Of a stretch of 64,000 nucleotides of DNA, positions 36,851 to 49,227 are shown piece after piece. Origin of the DNA: Pristiophorus japonicus. Its lineage: Eukaryota. The notes under the pieces are model-generated. The model was given only the letters and a program-made list of their open reading frames with translations, was not told the origin of the DNA and ran no database searches. The position numbers were made by a program, and so were the translations under genes. Location: NCBI RefSeq assembly GCF_044704955.1, contig NC_091994.1:40052001-40116000 (forward strand), given 5' to 3'. Position 1 is the stretch's first letter, and each line of letters begins with the position of its first letter.

Positions 36851-37779
36851 TACTATACCATATTCCTCAATAGCTGTTAATGTTCCAATTCTGCAATTTT
36901 GTTTTGAATGCTTTGTTCTTGCACATACATAGTACTCAATCCTGATTCCAATCTTTTAGAATATTGATTCATTTTTTCCAGGTTTCTCATCTATTTTTTT
37001 GATATCTATTACCCTTCTACAACATTGCTGTTAACTCTCACCGCCTCAAAACCTCTCCCTTTCCATTTGCCCATTGATAATATTTTCTCTCTATTTCAGC
37101 CAAGACTTCTGATACTCATTCAATAGCTTTTTTGTCCTGCTCTCCCCCTCCAGTCTCAAACCTAGACTTTCTCCACTCCAGACGTTCTACTATGTTATTT
37201 AAATCCTCCCTCACTGCTTGATTAACCCTCTCCTCCAGGCAACGGTGGTTTTAGATCAGGTGAAGGTTGCCTTTTCGGAATAGCGTTCCAAAAATCAATT
37301 CAATGCCCAAGAAGGTGAACCCTTGCCTCCGGCACCAGCCCTGCATCTGATTTAAATATTTTAATAAGGTTCCAACCTGTGTCGTGGGGAGTGCTGGCCA
37401 TTCATTTTCAGGCCTACTGTGAAATCAAGCTTGGTGGGCCTCAGGCAGTCAAGTCTTTCAAAAAATGTTCCCCCGCTGCCAATTGCTCAGTAGATGCCCC
37501 CAGGATTATTCCCTCCCTTAAGAAAATACTTCCGGTTAGGTTCCATAGAGGAGCAGCTGGAGTTCACCCCCCCCCCACCCCCCGCCCCCTCGCCCACTAA
37601 TGCTCGTCAATATGCCCATTAGTATTGGGTCCTCGTTGAATACTGGCAGCTCACTGGAATTAAGCAGATACAGGCTGACCGTGAAAATGGTTTGGGCTTC
37701 CCGCAAGTGTCATCAGGCAAGCTGCACGATTGCTCTTCCCTATGGTCACTGAACATGAAAATCGGTGTCTACTTCTCCA

Positions 37780-38230
37780 ATGTCCTATTTGCCAACCCCT
37801 CATTTCTCTACCCTCCATAAATTCCAACTTGTACAAAACATGGCAGCCCATTTCCGAACCCACACCCAGTCCCACTTGACAATTAGCTCCAGCTTGGTTC
37901 CTATCGTCCAAAGTAATAAACTCAAAATCCTCATCCATGTCTTCAAGCCCGTCCTGCAACTCCTTTCTATCTCCACCCGCAACCTTAAGTCTTCTGCATC
38001 TGGTCTTCTGGGCATCTTCCTATCCCTTCAGTCCATCGCTGATGGGGGTGACTTCAGCCGCCTCAGCCTACTCCTTACTAATCTCCTCAGCCTCCCCATA
38101 TCGCTCTCCACCCCCTACTCAACCCCATCTTTTCAATCAAGCTTTCTGTCACTCTTCCTAATCTCTCCCTCCATGTCTTGCCATTAATTTCCCTATTTCT
38201 GTTGGGAGGCACCTTGGGATTTCTCTTCAT
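37780..38230 (+). mobile_element. Old L2 3' fragment
   Basis: STLHKFQLVQNMAA ... KILIHVFK degraded homology. Confidence 0.65.
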
Positions 38231-38580
38231 GTTGTTTTTAACAGTTTTTTTGAATAGAAAGGCAATAAATTTACAGATGGTTTGGTGACACTGGCCCACT
38301 CGGATGTCAATTGAAATGATTATGTGTTCTGGTTTGAGTGGCACAAGAATCAGTATCTGTTCTATGAAGCAGTAATGTCAATACCAAACAGCAGTGAAGC
38401 TGTACCAAATGTCACTAGGATATTTAAACCCATACTGGCTCCACAGAAGGCTTCCAGACAGTAACATGCACAGGTGGGCCATTCCATCTGCTGTGGGGGC
38501 GACCACTGCAGGGATTCATGTGACAGCTGATTCATCTTTGGCCACACCTACTTATACTTTTCTGAAGTTCCTTTCTACAG

Positions 38581-38610
38581 ATCCGTTGGATAGATCTTTC
38601 TCCCTACAAG
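38581..38610 (+). other. Candidate 30-nt host microexon
   Basis: ttcctttctacag|ATCCGTTGGATAGATCTTTCTCCCTACAAG|gtaaac in non-repetitive sequence; frame-preserving. Confidence 0.3.
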
Positions 38611-38674
38611 GTAAACTTCGTCTTTGTTTCCAGACAATGATTGTTAAGTACCCTGATTGAAGTTTAACTTCTGT

Positions 38675-39060
38675 TTCAGTTAGGCACAGTTGGTAGCAGG
38701 CTCACTTCTGCATTACGAGGTTGTGGAGTGAGGCCCAACACAACGTTTGAGCATATAACCCAGGCCAACACTCCAGTGGAGCACTGGAGGATTACTGTTG
38801 GAGCCGCTGCCCTTTGCATAAGACATAATTGATGTATTGATGGTTGGGGCAGACAGTAAAGAAAAAATAGGGAGCTTTCCCAGTGTCCCAGACAATGTTC
38901 CTGTCTCAACCGAAAAGCCCATTCGTCTCATTGCTATCAGTGGGATGTCATTGGCACAGAATAGTAACTGACTCTGCCACGTAACACTCACTGCACTCCC
39001 AAAAGTAATTCACTGTGTGAAGGGTTTGGGACTTGATAAGGTACTATAACAATCCAAGTA
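38675..39060 (+). mobile_element. Highly diverged DeuSINE
   Basis: tRNA-like head and degraded Deu core and tail. Confidence 0.6.
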
Positions 39061-39339
39061 TGTTTTTTTCATATTTAGCGTTTTTGCTGAGAGTGACAGG
39101 TCACATGTTTGAGTTGCACGAAGAGGCTTCAGAATTTTGCTTCAACAGAATTAGGTGTGACTACCCCTGCTGGCGGATAGTCCTGTCAGATTTTAATTGA
39201 CATCCACCAGCATTGCCTGAGGTATAACTATAGAAACAGTTGCTCTTATTCTCACTGTCCCCTTCACTCAGCTCACTTGTCCCTCTCTCTGGTCCCCTTT
39301 CTCTGCAGCTAAATATGGAGTTAAACTAGGCAGAGCTCC

Positions 39340-39696
39340 AGTGTCCACTGTGGCTCAGTTGGTAACACTCTTGCCTCTCAGTCAGAAGGTGCCGTCTTTC
39401 AGATGAGATGTTAAACTGAGGCCCCATCTGCTCTCTCAGGTGGACATAAAAGATCTCATGTCACTATTTCGAAGAAGAGCAGGGGAGTTACCCCAGTGTC
39501 CTGGCCAATATTTAACCCTCAATCAACATCACAAACAGATTATTTGGTCATTATCATATTGCTGTTTGAAAGAGCTTGCTGCGCGTAGATTGGCTGCTGC
39601 GTTTCCTGGTGACTACACTTCAAAAGTACTTCATCGGCTGTAAAGCACTTTGGGACATCTGGAGGTCATGAAAGGCGCTATATAAATGCAAGTCTT
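39340..39696 (+). mobile_element. DeuSINE, internally deleted
   Basis: tggctcagttgg head, Deu core, ggcgctatataaatgcaagtct tail. Confidence 0.85.
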
Positions 39697-39754
39697 AATG
39701 GCCTGATGTAATGTATGCACCTGTGAGTATGCTCACAGGTTTGTATAGCTGTTG

Positions 39755-40751
39755 CGCAGGGGGCACTTGTACAATTTGTGTGTTGGTGCCCTCAAAAAAA
39801 ACAAGGGGGCACTTGTTTGAACGTTTCAGTTTTAGTGCTCCCTCCCCCCTTTAAACAGGGGCATTTGAGTTAACGATTTATGTTTTACAGATTACAACAA
39901 AATAGTTGCATAGCTGTTGTGTCGGCCATGGCTCAGTGAGTAGCATTCTTGCCTCTGAGTCAGAAGGTTGTGGGTTTCAAGCCCCACTCCAGAGACTTGA
40001 GCACATAAATCTAGGCTGACATTCTAGTGCAATGCTGAGAGAGTGCTGCACTGTGGGAGGTGTCGTCTTTCAGATGAAATGTTATACCGAGGCCCATCTG
40101 CTCTCTCGGGTAGTTGTAAAAGATCCCATGGCAATATTTTGAAGAAGGGCAGGGGAGTCATCCCCAGTGTCCTGGCCAATATTTATCCCTCAAGCAACAT
40201 CACTGAAAAAACAGATTATCTAGTCATTATTTGCTAGTTACAACCTCAAAAAAATCGGTGTTGACTCTGCCCAATCCTATTATTATCATCACCCCCGGCA
40301 ACCAAATTTTAATTTGATTTTAATGTCTAAAGTTTAATTTTTTTAAGTTTGTCGGTTTTAGTGCCCCCCACCCCCAGCCCTTTTAGCTAGGGGACACTTG
40401 TATAATTTGTGTTTTGGTGCCCTCAAAAAAAAGGGGGCACTTGAAAAGTTTTTGGAGTGTGCCCCCTCCCTTTAATCAGAGGGGCACTTGATTACTGATA
40501 CAGTTAAAAATAGTTGTAGAGCTGTTGAACCAAATTTTAATTTGAATCATGTCCAAAGTTTAATTTGTTTAAGTTGTTGGTTTTAGTGCGCCCCCCCCCC
40601 CCCTTTTAGCCAGGGGGCATATATAATTTGTGTTTTTAGTGCCCCCTTAAAAAAACAAGGGGGCACTTGAAAAGTTTTAGGAATGTGCCCCCCTTTTAAT
40701 CAGAGGGGCACTTGATTACTGATCCAGCTAAAAATAGTTGTACAGCTGTTG
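39755..40751 (+). mobile_element. Three tandem 5'-truncated non-LTR retrotransposon 3' ends (Tx1-clade-like), each followed by a 14-bp target repeat
   Basis: TTG(T/C)ANAGCTGTTG at 39741, 39906, 40514 and 40738; units share ggggcac/gtgccc hairpins; units 2 and 3 start with an ORF end (IITPG)NQILI*. Confidence 0.7.
39920..40286 (+). repeat. Inverted copy of the SINE/CR1 junction at ~51470-51795
   Basis: Shares the chimeric junction gtcattatttgctagttacaacctcaaaaaaatc..gttgactctgcccaatcctattattat. Confidence 0.85.
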
Positions 40752-40977
40752 CATTGTGAGTGGCTTAGCCAGTCATGTGATGTTCACAAGACTCACTAAA
40801 ACCCCAGTCAGTTGGGTCTAGGTCATCCACGATCAGGCATGCAGTTGTGAGCCGAGTGGATGAACTGGTAATGTGTAGTGTGATTATTAAACCTTTTTTA
40901 ATAAACCAACTAGTTCTTAATAGCAATGTGTTGCTACGAATTCTTAAGCAAAGAATCCATGAAGCAAATACATTACA

Positions 40978-41649
40978 CCGAGAAATTTGATACGGTCTGA
41001 AAACAGGTGCTGCCACAGCGGGGCAAGATTTGCTCGGGCCCTTAGAAAGATGGCAGGCAGCCGCCTGCTGAGTAGCATTTTGCGATGTTCAGCCCAACGC
41101 TGAACACACTGAACACCCAGCAAGAAGTCTGGGGAAGGGCCTAGAGGTCTGGTCCAGGACCAAGGGGGGAGGTGAGGGTTGGGGCCAGGATCGGGGGGGG
41201 GGGGCGAGGTGAGAGTTGGGGCCAGGATTAACGGGGGGGGCGGAGGTGGGGTAGTGGGGGTCAGGGCCAGGATCAGTGGGGGGGAGGTGAGGTGGTGAGG
41301 ATCGGAACCAGGATCAGGGGTGGGGTCAGGACCAGGATCGGGGGGGGAGAGAGGGATTGGAGTCAGGATTGGAGAGGGCCTGGAGGTCGGAGTCTGAAGA
41401 GGTTATAGATGATAATAGTAAGTACTTAGCTTTTTAAAATTTGTAAGAGGGAGTAGAAGCCGGCAGTAGGCCCCATTTTTGAATATGTTGATGGCCGAAC
41501 ACCTGCTTCGGACGAAGGTAAACAACACTTTGCTTTTGGTCCTCCCCAATATGGTGTCTGGCGCGGAAGTGGGCGGAAGCGAGGTAGTCGCTATTTTTTC
41601 CACAAAACAGGCCTTAAGAGCCGGTGCAAAGATGCCGAATTTCAGCCCC
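40978..41649. mobile_element. Harbinger-like MITE whose left TIR (from ~39700) is split by the solo LTR; G-rich internal repeats
   Basis: ggcc.gagaaatttg ... ccgaatttcagcccc; ggggccaggatc repeats at 41165-41390. Confidence 0.6.
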
Positions 41650-41901
41650 TCGTTCCTTTTAGTAAATGCACAGAAAAAATGCAGACAACCCAAGTGGTGC
41701 CATTGGCCACTGCAGAGCGGGACTACGGCTGAAAAGAGTAGAAGAGAACTTGAAGTAAATCAAAAAGTAGTGTTTGGGTGTCACTAAGCTTGGGTTTTAG
41801 AAGTGTGGATAGTCTAAGAGAAAGGGAAGAGTGAGGAAAGAATGGAATGCCGCATTCTGGGAAAGAATGATTTAAGAGTTGGAGACAGAGTGAAGAGTCT
41901 T

Positions 41902-42561
41902 AAGCGGAAAAATTTCCCCTTTTTAATAGCCCTGTTAGTGCCTCCGGGGGGGCGTTAACGGGGTAGAGGAGACTTTTTTCCCAGGGGAGGGGGGCGCTAC
42001 TGCCTCCCGGGACGTCATTGTCGTGCATAGCGGCTCCTCACCGCCCCCGCCGACCCCATAACACCCCGCTGGGGAAATCGCCCCGCAGGCCGGGAGTCTG
42101 GTGCGAGCAGATGTCAACACCAGCTTCGCAGGTGGTAGGTCGCGAAGCAGGCTGATATCCGCTTTCTGGGCGATCCTTATAGGGGAGGACGCCAGCACCC
42201 TGGGCTGCCATCTTTTTTTATCGTCCGACTCTCGCGTCGATTTGACGATGGCGCTCCCAGCGAGGTCCGGGACGCTATGGTGCAGCCTGGCACTCTGTCT
42301 TGGGTGCCAGATTGCATGCCCAGTACCATGCTGCCCTGGTGGCCCAGTGGAGGCCATTGGAGGCCTTACAGATTGCGCAGCAGCCCTCCCCTTTAAGCGA
42401 AGGGAGAGGGGTGTTGAAGCACATCAGTGCCAGGCGGAGCGTCCACGTGGCGCTTACCTCAGCCCCCCAGTAGCACTGCGGTAACTGTCCTCAAAGGAAG
42501 TGGAGAGTCCCAGCCACAGATGGTTACCGACCCCAATCGGGGCGCAGAGCAATTTCACCCG
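41902..42561. mobile_element. GC-rich Harbinger-like MITE, same family as 43507-48830 in opposite orientation
   Basis: ttaccgaccccaatcggggcg..gcaatttcaccc is the reverse complement of 43507-43548. Confidence 0.75.
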
Positions 42562-42819
42562 CCAAGTTTCCAAACAGTGAGGATGCAGCTTTCAAGAAGC
42601 ATGTGTTGATCTAGGTCTTTGGAAGTTAGACAGAACGTGAGAGGAAAGTCACTGAGCATAATGATGCTGATAAACGAGTGAGTGATAAGAAAGGTTGCCA
42701 TGGAGAGCAATGGAGGTGGTGAGTGAGGGAGGGTGGCCAATCAGATAAGGTTTCCTTGTACTATTTTTCTGCTTCACTAAAGTTATTTTATTTAACTTAC
42801 ACTTGCACTGCTGCTGTGA

Positions 42820-43020
42820 TGCCCAAAGGGCTCAGTTGGCAGCATGCTCATCCACGAGTCACAAGGTGCCATCTTTCGGATAAACTGAGGCCCTGTCTGC
42901 TCTCTCAGGCGGATGTAAAAGGTCCCATGGCACTATTACAAAGAAGAGCAGGGGAGTTAACCCCAGTGTCCCAGCCCATATTTATTCCTCAATCAACATC
43001 ACTAAAACAGATTGTATTAT
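42820..43020 (+). mobile_element. DeuSINE fragment
   Basis: gctcagttgg head; gtaaaaggtcccatggcacta..gaagagcaggggagtt. Confidence 0.7.
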
Positions 43021-43770
43021 TTTCTTTATCTGTTATTCTTTAGCCGATTCTTGTTGGGAGTGAACTGAAACTTACCTTTTGACTTTTTAAGAATTTCACA
43101 TATTTTGACCTTTATAAAGACTCGAGGTGAGAAATTCAGTATCGTCCCATTTGCGGGCGGTGGCAGTCGGGAGGCGCAAGACATGACGGCAGGCGCTGAA
43201 GTCTCACCCCTCTCCAGAAATTCGGGTTACCGCCCCTGGAAGCAAGTGCAGCGCTAAATCAAGCGTTGCATTTCCTTCCTGGGGCGCTAACGCAACGCGC
43301 GCCTCAACAGCGCTTCACACTGGGCCGCGCAGCACTGGGTGAAGGACCCACGCTGCCGACTCTGCAGAAGAAAAAGGACCTACCTGGACCACTGGGGAGT
43401 GGGGGTGCTGCGCGATCAGTCCCACACTCGAGCAGAGAGCCAGGCTAAGCGATCATGGCCAGGACCCAATGAAGAAACCAGATCAGGAGAGGCAACAAGC
43501 AGGTAAGGGGGCAAAATTGCCCCACGCCCCGATTGGGGTCGGTAACGTTCCGGGGCCGGGACTTTTAGTGGGATTGCCCTTACTGCCCTTGTTAGGGCCA
43601 GAGGGGGTGGGGGGGCCCAGAGTGCTACTGAGACTCTGAGGGAAGCGTTATGCAGATGCTCCGCATAGCGCTGACGAGCTTCAACACCCCTCCCCTTCGA
43701 TTAAAGGGGAGGGCAGCTGTGTACTCTACAAGGCTCTCATGGCCACCACTGGGCCACCAGGGCGGCGAGT

Positions 43771-46700
43771 TGTTATGTATGGAGAAAGAGTCAGACTGAA
43801 CACTGTGAGCTCAAAGTAAAGTGTGATCTTAGTCTTTTATTGCAGGTCTTCAGAGTGCCTCTCCAACGTGTGAGGCTTCCTTAAATACCTGTGCTCCCAA
43901 GGGATTATGGGACCCCTTGGGACTCCAGAGGATGAGCCCTCTGGTGCCTGTACAGAGTAAATACAAGTCCACAAATATAACAACATTCCCTCCCCCCCGC
44001 CACCTGCCAAAGTCAATAGTGTAACTATTTACAATGTGAGTCGATCTGGGGCCCTTCTTGCCCTGGTTGATCGTCTCGGTGTGAAAGCTGGTATTGTTGA
44101 ATCATTTGTTGGGCCCTCGCTGGGCTGCTGTGCAGCTGGCCTTGCTGGGCTGCCTGATGTGTTGGGTCCTCTGGGCTGCTGTGGACGATGGGTTCTGCTT
44201 CGTGGTCAGCCATGATGCCGGTTGCCACTAGTGTGTATGTTGGGGGATCAAAAAAGGTAGGGTCCAAGATGGGTTGCTCAGGATAGTCCATAAATCTGAG
44301 TTTGATTTGGTCCAAGTGTTTCCGGTGAATGAGTCCATTTGAAAGTTTAACCCGAAACACCCTGCTCCCCTCTTTGGCCACGACAGTGCCGGGAAGCCAA
44401 TTGGGACCTTGTCCATAATTCAATACAAATACAGGATCATTAATTTCAATCTCACGTGACACATTTGCGCTATCATGGTATGTACTTTGTTGAAGCCGCC
44501 TGCTCTCTACCTGTTCATGTAGATCAGGGTGAACTAACGAGAGCCTTGTCTTAAGTGTTCTTTTGATGAGCAGTTCAGCAGGTAGGATCCCAGTGAGCGA
44601 GTGGGGTCTCGTGCGGTAGCTAAGCAGGACTCGGGATAGGCGAGTCTGCAGTGAGCCTTCAGTTACCCTCTTCAAGCCTTGCTTGATGGTTTGCGCTGCT
44701 CTCACTGCCTGACCATTGGACGCTGGTTTAAATGGGGCAGATGTGACATGTTTGATCCTGTTACGGGTCATGGATTCTTTGAACTCAGCACTGGTAAAAC
44801 ATGGCCCGTTGTTGCTCACCAGGACATTGGGTAAGCCGTGAGTGACAAACATGGCCCGCAGGCTTTCAGTAGTGGTTAGCCGACATTATCTAACATTCAA
44901 TCCACTTGGAATATGCGTCTACAACCATAAGAAACATTTTACCCAAAAACGAGCCTGCATAGTTGACGTGTACCCTAGACCACGGTTTGGAGGGCCAAGA
45001 CCATAAACTTAATGGCACCTCCCTGGGTACATTGCTTATCTGTGAGCATGTATTACATCTGTGAACGCAGGACTCTAAGTCCGCATCGATAGCGGGCCAC
45101 CACACGTGGGATCTGGCTATCGCTTTCATCATTACGATGCCTGGGTGGGTACTGTGGAGGTCATTGATGAAGGTGTCTCTGCCCTTCTTGGGGACCACTA
45201 CTCGATTGCCCCACAGAAGGCAGTCTGCTTGTATAGACATTTCATCTTTGAGCCGCTGGAACGGCTTAATCACTTCCTGTATTTCCACTGGGACACTGGA
45301 CCAGCTCCCGTGAAGCACACAGCTTTTGACTAGAGATAATAAGGGGTCCTGGCTTGTCCAGGTTTTGATCTGCCGGGCAGTGATAGGTGATTGCTCACTC
45401 TCAAATGCTTCCATAACCATGGCTAGATCTGCGGGCTGCGCCATTTCCAACCCAGTGGTGGGCAATGGCAGCCTACTGAGAGCATCGGCGCAGTTTTCTG
45501 TGCCTGGCCTGTGGCGGATGGCGTAGTTGTATGCGGACAACGTGAGTGCCCATCTCTGGATGCGGGCCGATGCATTGGTATTTATCCCTTTACTCTCGGG
45601 AAACAGGAATATAAGTGGCTTATGGTCAGTTTCCAATTCAAATTTTAGCCTAAACAGGTATTAATGCATTTTCTTTACTCTATAGACACACGCTAATGCT
45701 TCTTTCTCAATCATGCTGTAGGCTCTCTCAGCCTTAGACAGACTCCTGAATGCATAAGCAACTGGTTGCAGTTTCCCAGAATCATTAACTTGTTGCAATA
45801 CACACCCGACGCCATATGATGATACATCACATGCTAGTACCAAACGCTTACATGGATCATACAACACAAGCAATTTGTTTGAGCATAACAATTTTCTCGC
45901 TTTTACAAAGGCATTTTCTTTGCTTTTGCCCCAAACCCATTCATCCCCTTTTCATAGTAAAACATGCAATGGTTCTAACAGTGTGCTAAGACCCGGTAAG
46001 AAGTTACCAAAGTAGTTCAGGAGTCCCAGAAATGACCGCAGCTCTGTCACGTTCTGTGGCCTTGGTGCGTTCTCGACTGCCTCCGTCTTCACGTTGGTGG
46101 GACTGATGCCATCCCAAGAACTCCACTTCAGATGCCAGGAAAACACACTTCGAGTGTTTTATCCTGAGCCCCACGTGGTTGAGTCGACTAAGAACCTCCT
46201 CCAGGTGCTGCAGATGCTGTGTTCTGACCTGTGACCAAGATGTCATCCTGGAAGACCACAGTGTGCAGGACCGACTTCAGTAAGCTTTCCATGTTTCTCT
46301 GGAATATCGCCACCGCTGATTGGATTCCAAACGGGCATCTGTGATAAACAAAAAGACCTTTGTACGTGTTGATGCAGGTGAGGGCCTTCGATGATTCCTC
46401 CAGTTCCTGCGTCATGTAAGCTGAAGTCAGATCGAGCTTCGTGAACGTCTTTCTTCCCGTCAGCGTTGCAAAGAGGTCGTCAGCCTTTGGTAGTGAGTAT
46501 TGGTCCTGCAGGGAGAAACGATTGATAGTTACTTTGTAATCGCCACAGATTCTGATGGTGCCATCTCCCGTGAGGACAGGAACGATCGGACTGGCTCACT
46601 CGTTGAACTCGATCGGTGAAATGATGCCCTCTCTTTGCAGCCAGTCTAGCTCGATCTCTACTCTTTCTCTCATCATATACGGCACTGCTCTCGCCTTGTG

Positions 46701-48324
46701 ATGGATGGGTCGCGCCCCCGGAATTAGGTGGATCTGCACTTTTGCTCCTTGGAATTTCCCGATGCCTGGTTCGAACAGTGAAGGAAATTTATTTAAGACC
46801 TGGGCACACGAAATGTCGTCAGTGGGCGATAGCGCTCGGAAGTCGTCCCAGTTCCAGCGTATCTTTCCCAGCCAGCTCCTGCTGAGCAGCGTGGGACCAT
46901 CGCCCAGTACCACCCAGAGTGGTAGCTTGTGCACCGCTCCATCGTAGGAGACCCTTACGGTAACACAACACTGCCGATTACAGGAATCAGTTCTTTTGTG
47001 TAAGTTTTTAGTTTCGTGTGAACTGGAGTTAAGACTGGCCTTGAGGCCTTGTTGCACCACGAACTTTCGAAAGTCTTTTTGCCCATGATGGACTGGCTTG
47101 TGCCCGTGTCCAGCTCCATTGACACCGGGAGTCCATTTAGTTCAACATTCAGCATTATCGGGGGACAATTCGTGGCGAATGTGTGCACCCGATGTGCCTC
47201 TGCCTCCTCGGTCTGAGGCTCTGGTTCGTCGTGATCCTCCATGGATCTGTCCTCCTCTTCAACATGGTGGTTTGCAGGTTTAACAGGATTTGCAGCTCGC
47301 CTGCACACTTATTAGAGGTGTCCCATTGTTCCACACACCTTGCAAATGTACCCTTTGAATCAGCATGAATGAAAACGATGATCACCCCTGCAGCGCCAAC
47401 AAGGTGTTAATGGCGTTGCTTTCATCACCCTTGATGGTGGACTCTGAGACATCTGCGGACGTGCGGCTGGTGGCATGTGTGACCTGCCCTGTACGTTACA
47501 ATTCGAAAACAACATCACTTTGTTCGCAGTACTTGTAGCAGCACTTGTGTGCTGAGAGGTTTGCTTCGTATTGTCACTGGTGGCAATGAATGCCTGGGAT
47601 ATCGCTATGGCCTTACTCAAGGTTGGGGTCTCTACAGTCAAAAGTTTGCGAAGTATGGTTTCGTGGCCAATGCCAAGTACGAAAAAGTCTTTGAGCATGT
47701 GCTCCAAATGTCCTTCAAATTTGCAATGGCCTGGAAGGCATCTTAACTCGGCGACATAACTCGCCACTTCCTGGCCTTCAGACCTTTTGTATGTCCGGTA
47801 CCTCGCCATCGGAACACTTTCCTTTGGGTTCAAATGCTTTTGGACCAGTGTGCACAAATTGTCGTATGATTTTTCCGTGAGTTTCGCTGGAGTGAGCAGA
47901 TTCTTCATGAGGCCATACGTTGGTGCCCCACAGACGGTGAGGAGGATCTCCCTTTATTTGGCGGCATTCTCTTCCCCATCTAGCTCATTGGCTACAAAGT
48001 ATTGGTCGAGTCGCTCCACAAAAGTTTCCCAATCATCTCCCTCTGAGAATTTCTCCAGGATGCCCACTGTTCCCTGCATCTCTGGGTTCGCTATCTGTAT
48101 CTCGTCGCCAGTTGTTATGTATGGAGAAAGAGTCAGATTGAACACTGTGAGCTCAAAGTAAAGTGTGACCTTAGTCTTTTATTGCAGGTCTCCAGAGTGC
48201 CTCTCCGACCTGTGAGGCCTCCTTAAATACCTGTGCTCCCAAGGGATTATGGGATCCCTTGGGAGTCCAGGGGATGAGCCCTCTGGTGGCTGTACAGAGT
48301 AAATACAAGTTCACATATATAACA
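43771..48324 (-). mobile_element. Full-length decayed Gypsy (Mag-like) LTR retrotransposon
   Basis: 212-bp LTRs 43771-43982 and 48113-48324, 5-bp TSD CGAGT, PBS TGGCGACGAG, PPT; gag, ELDTG protease, FQDD RT, RNase H, HHCC/DDE integrase fragments. Confidence 0.95.
44025..48079 (-). pseudogene. Gypsy gag-pol with multiple stops and frameshifts
   Basis: DDWETFVERLDQYF; MELDTG; VVFQDDILV; LACDVSSYGVG; HPGIVMMKAIARSHVWWP; PFKPASNGQA. Confidence 0.92.
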
Positions 48325-49227
48325 CGAGTGACCGGGCCAGTAGCCCAGCAAGCAAGACGGAGTGCTGGACTGCACAATGGTGGCCCACAACACGCGAGAG
48401 CCACCATGGTTGAGCCGACCCGAGAGTCAGTTGATAAAAAAAGATGGTGGCCCAGGGCGCTGGCACCCTCCTCTTTAAGGAGTGCCCAGAGAGCAGACAT
48501 CGTCTAAGTTTGCGACCCACAACCCGCGACCCGCGAAGCTGGCGTTGACTTCCCCTTGCGGCAGACTCACGGCCCGTGGGACAATTTCTCTTGCGGGGAG
48601 TTAAGAGGTCGGTACGAGGTGGTGAGAGGTTGCTGCGCACGACGATGGTTGTGCAGCGGCCCAGGGCGCTAACCGTCGGGCACGGTGCTGCCATGCCACG
48701 TCTCCGCAACCTCTCGGGTAATTTCCCAGGAGGCGTTAGCGCCCCTCCGCTGGGCGAAAACTGTCTTGCGGCTCGTTAGCGCCTCCTGGAGGTGCTAATG
48801 GGTCTATAAAAAGTGGAAATTTCAGCCCCCCCAAGTCTTTTTTAAATTTTTGGCTCGGCTACCTTGCCTTTCATGTTCGCCCTGGTAGCGACCGGCCTCC
48901 CAAAACGCGCCTCCTGCTGCTGTCGGTGTTATCACCTGCTGCTGCTGGAAGCTGTTTTGGGACCATTGCGTTAATGGGTCGGTGCGCGCGGCAATGACAT
49001 CTTGATTTCCGGCCGCAGGAAAAGAAAGAAAGTCTTGCATTTCTATAACGTCTTTCAGCCAAAGAAGATCTTTCTGAGCGTAGTCACTATTGTTCGGGAG
49101 GAAACCCAGCAGTTAATTAGCATGCAGCTTTACAGCATACAACTATCCTGCGACCGTTGGAACTGATGCTCTCCACTCTCTCTCCTCCTCCTTCTCTTCC
49201 TCCTCTCACCATGGTGCAGGAGACCAT

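Larger units (their letters stand above)
39707..40977 (+). mobile_element. Solo LTR (~270 bp net) interrupted by a tandem LINE-tail array
   Basis: Ends TGTAATGTA...TACATTACA, 4-bp TSD ctga/ccga, AATAAA near 40900. Confidence 0.82.
43507..48830. mobile_element. Harbinger-like MITE split by a Gypsy element; probably nested in an older MITE (~43125-49014)
   Basis: GGGGGCAAAATTGCC ... GGAAATTTCAGCCCC; the two halves join across the Gypsy TSD. Confidence 0.7.

Noticed and set aside
39741-40751. CRISPR-like array (four 14-bp direct repeats with intervening sequence)
   Set aside because: Intervening segments are 150-600 bp and homologous to each other, the context is vertebrate, and there are no cas genes; better explained as TSDs of serial insertions
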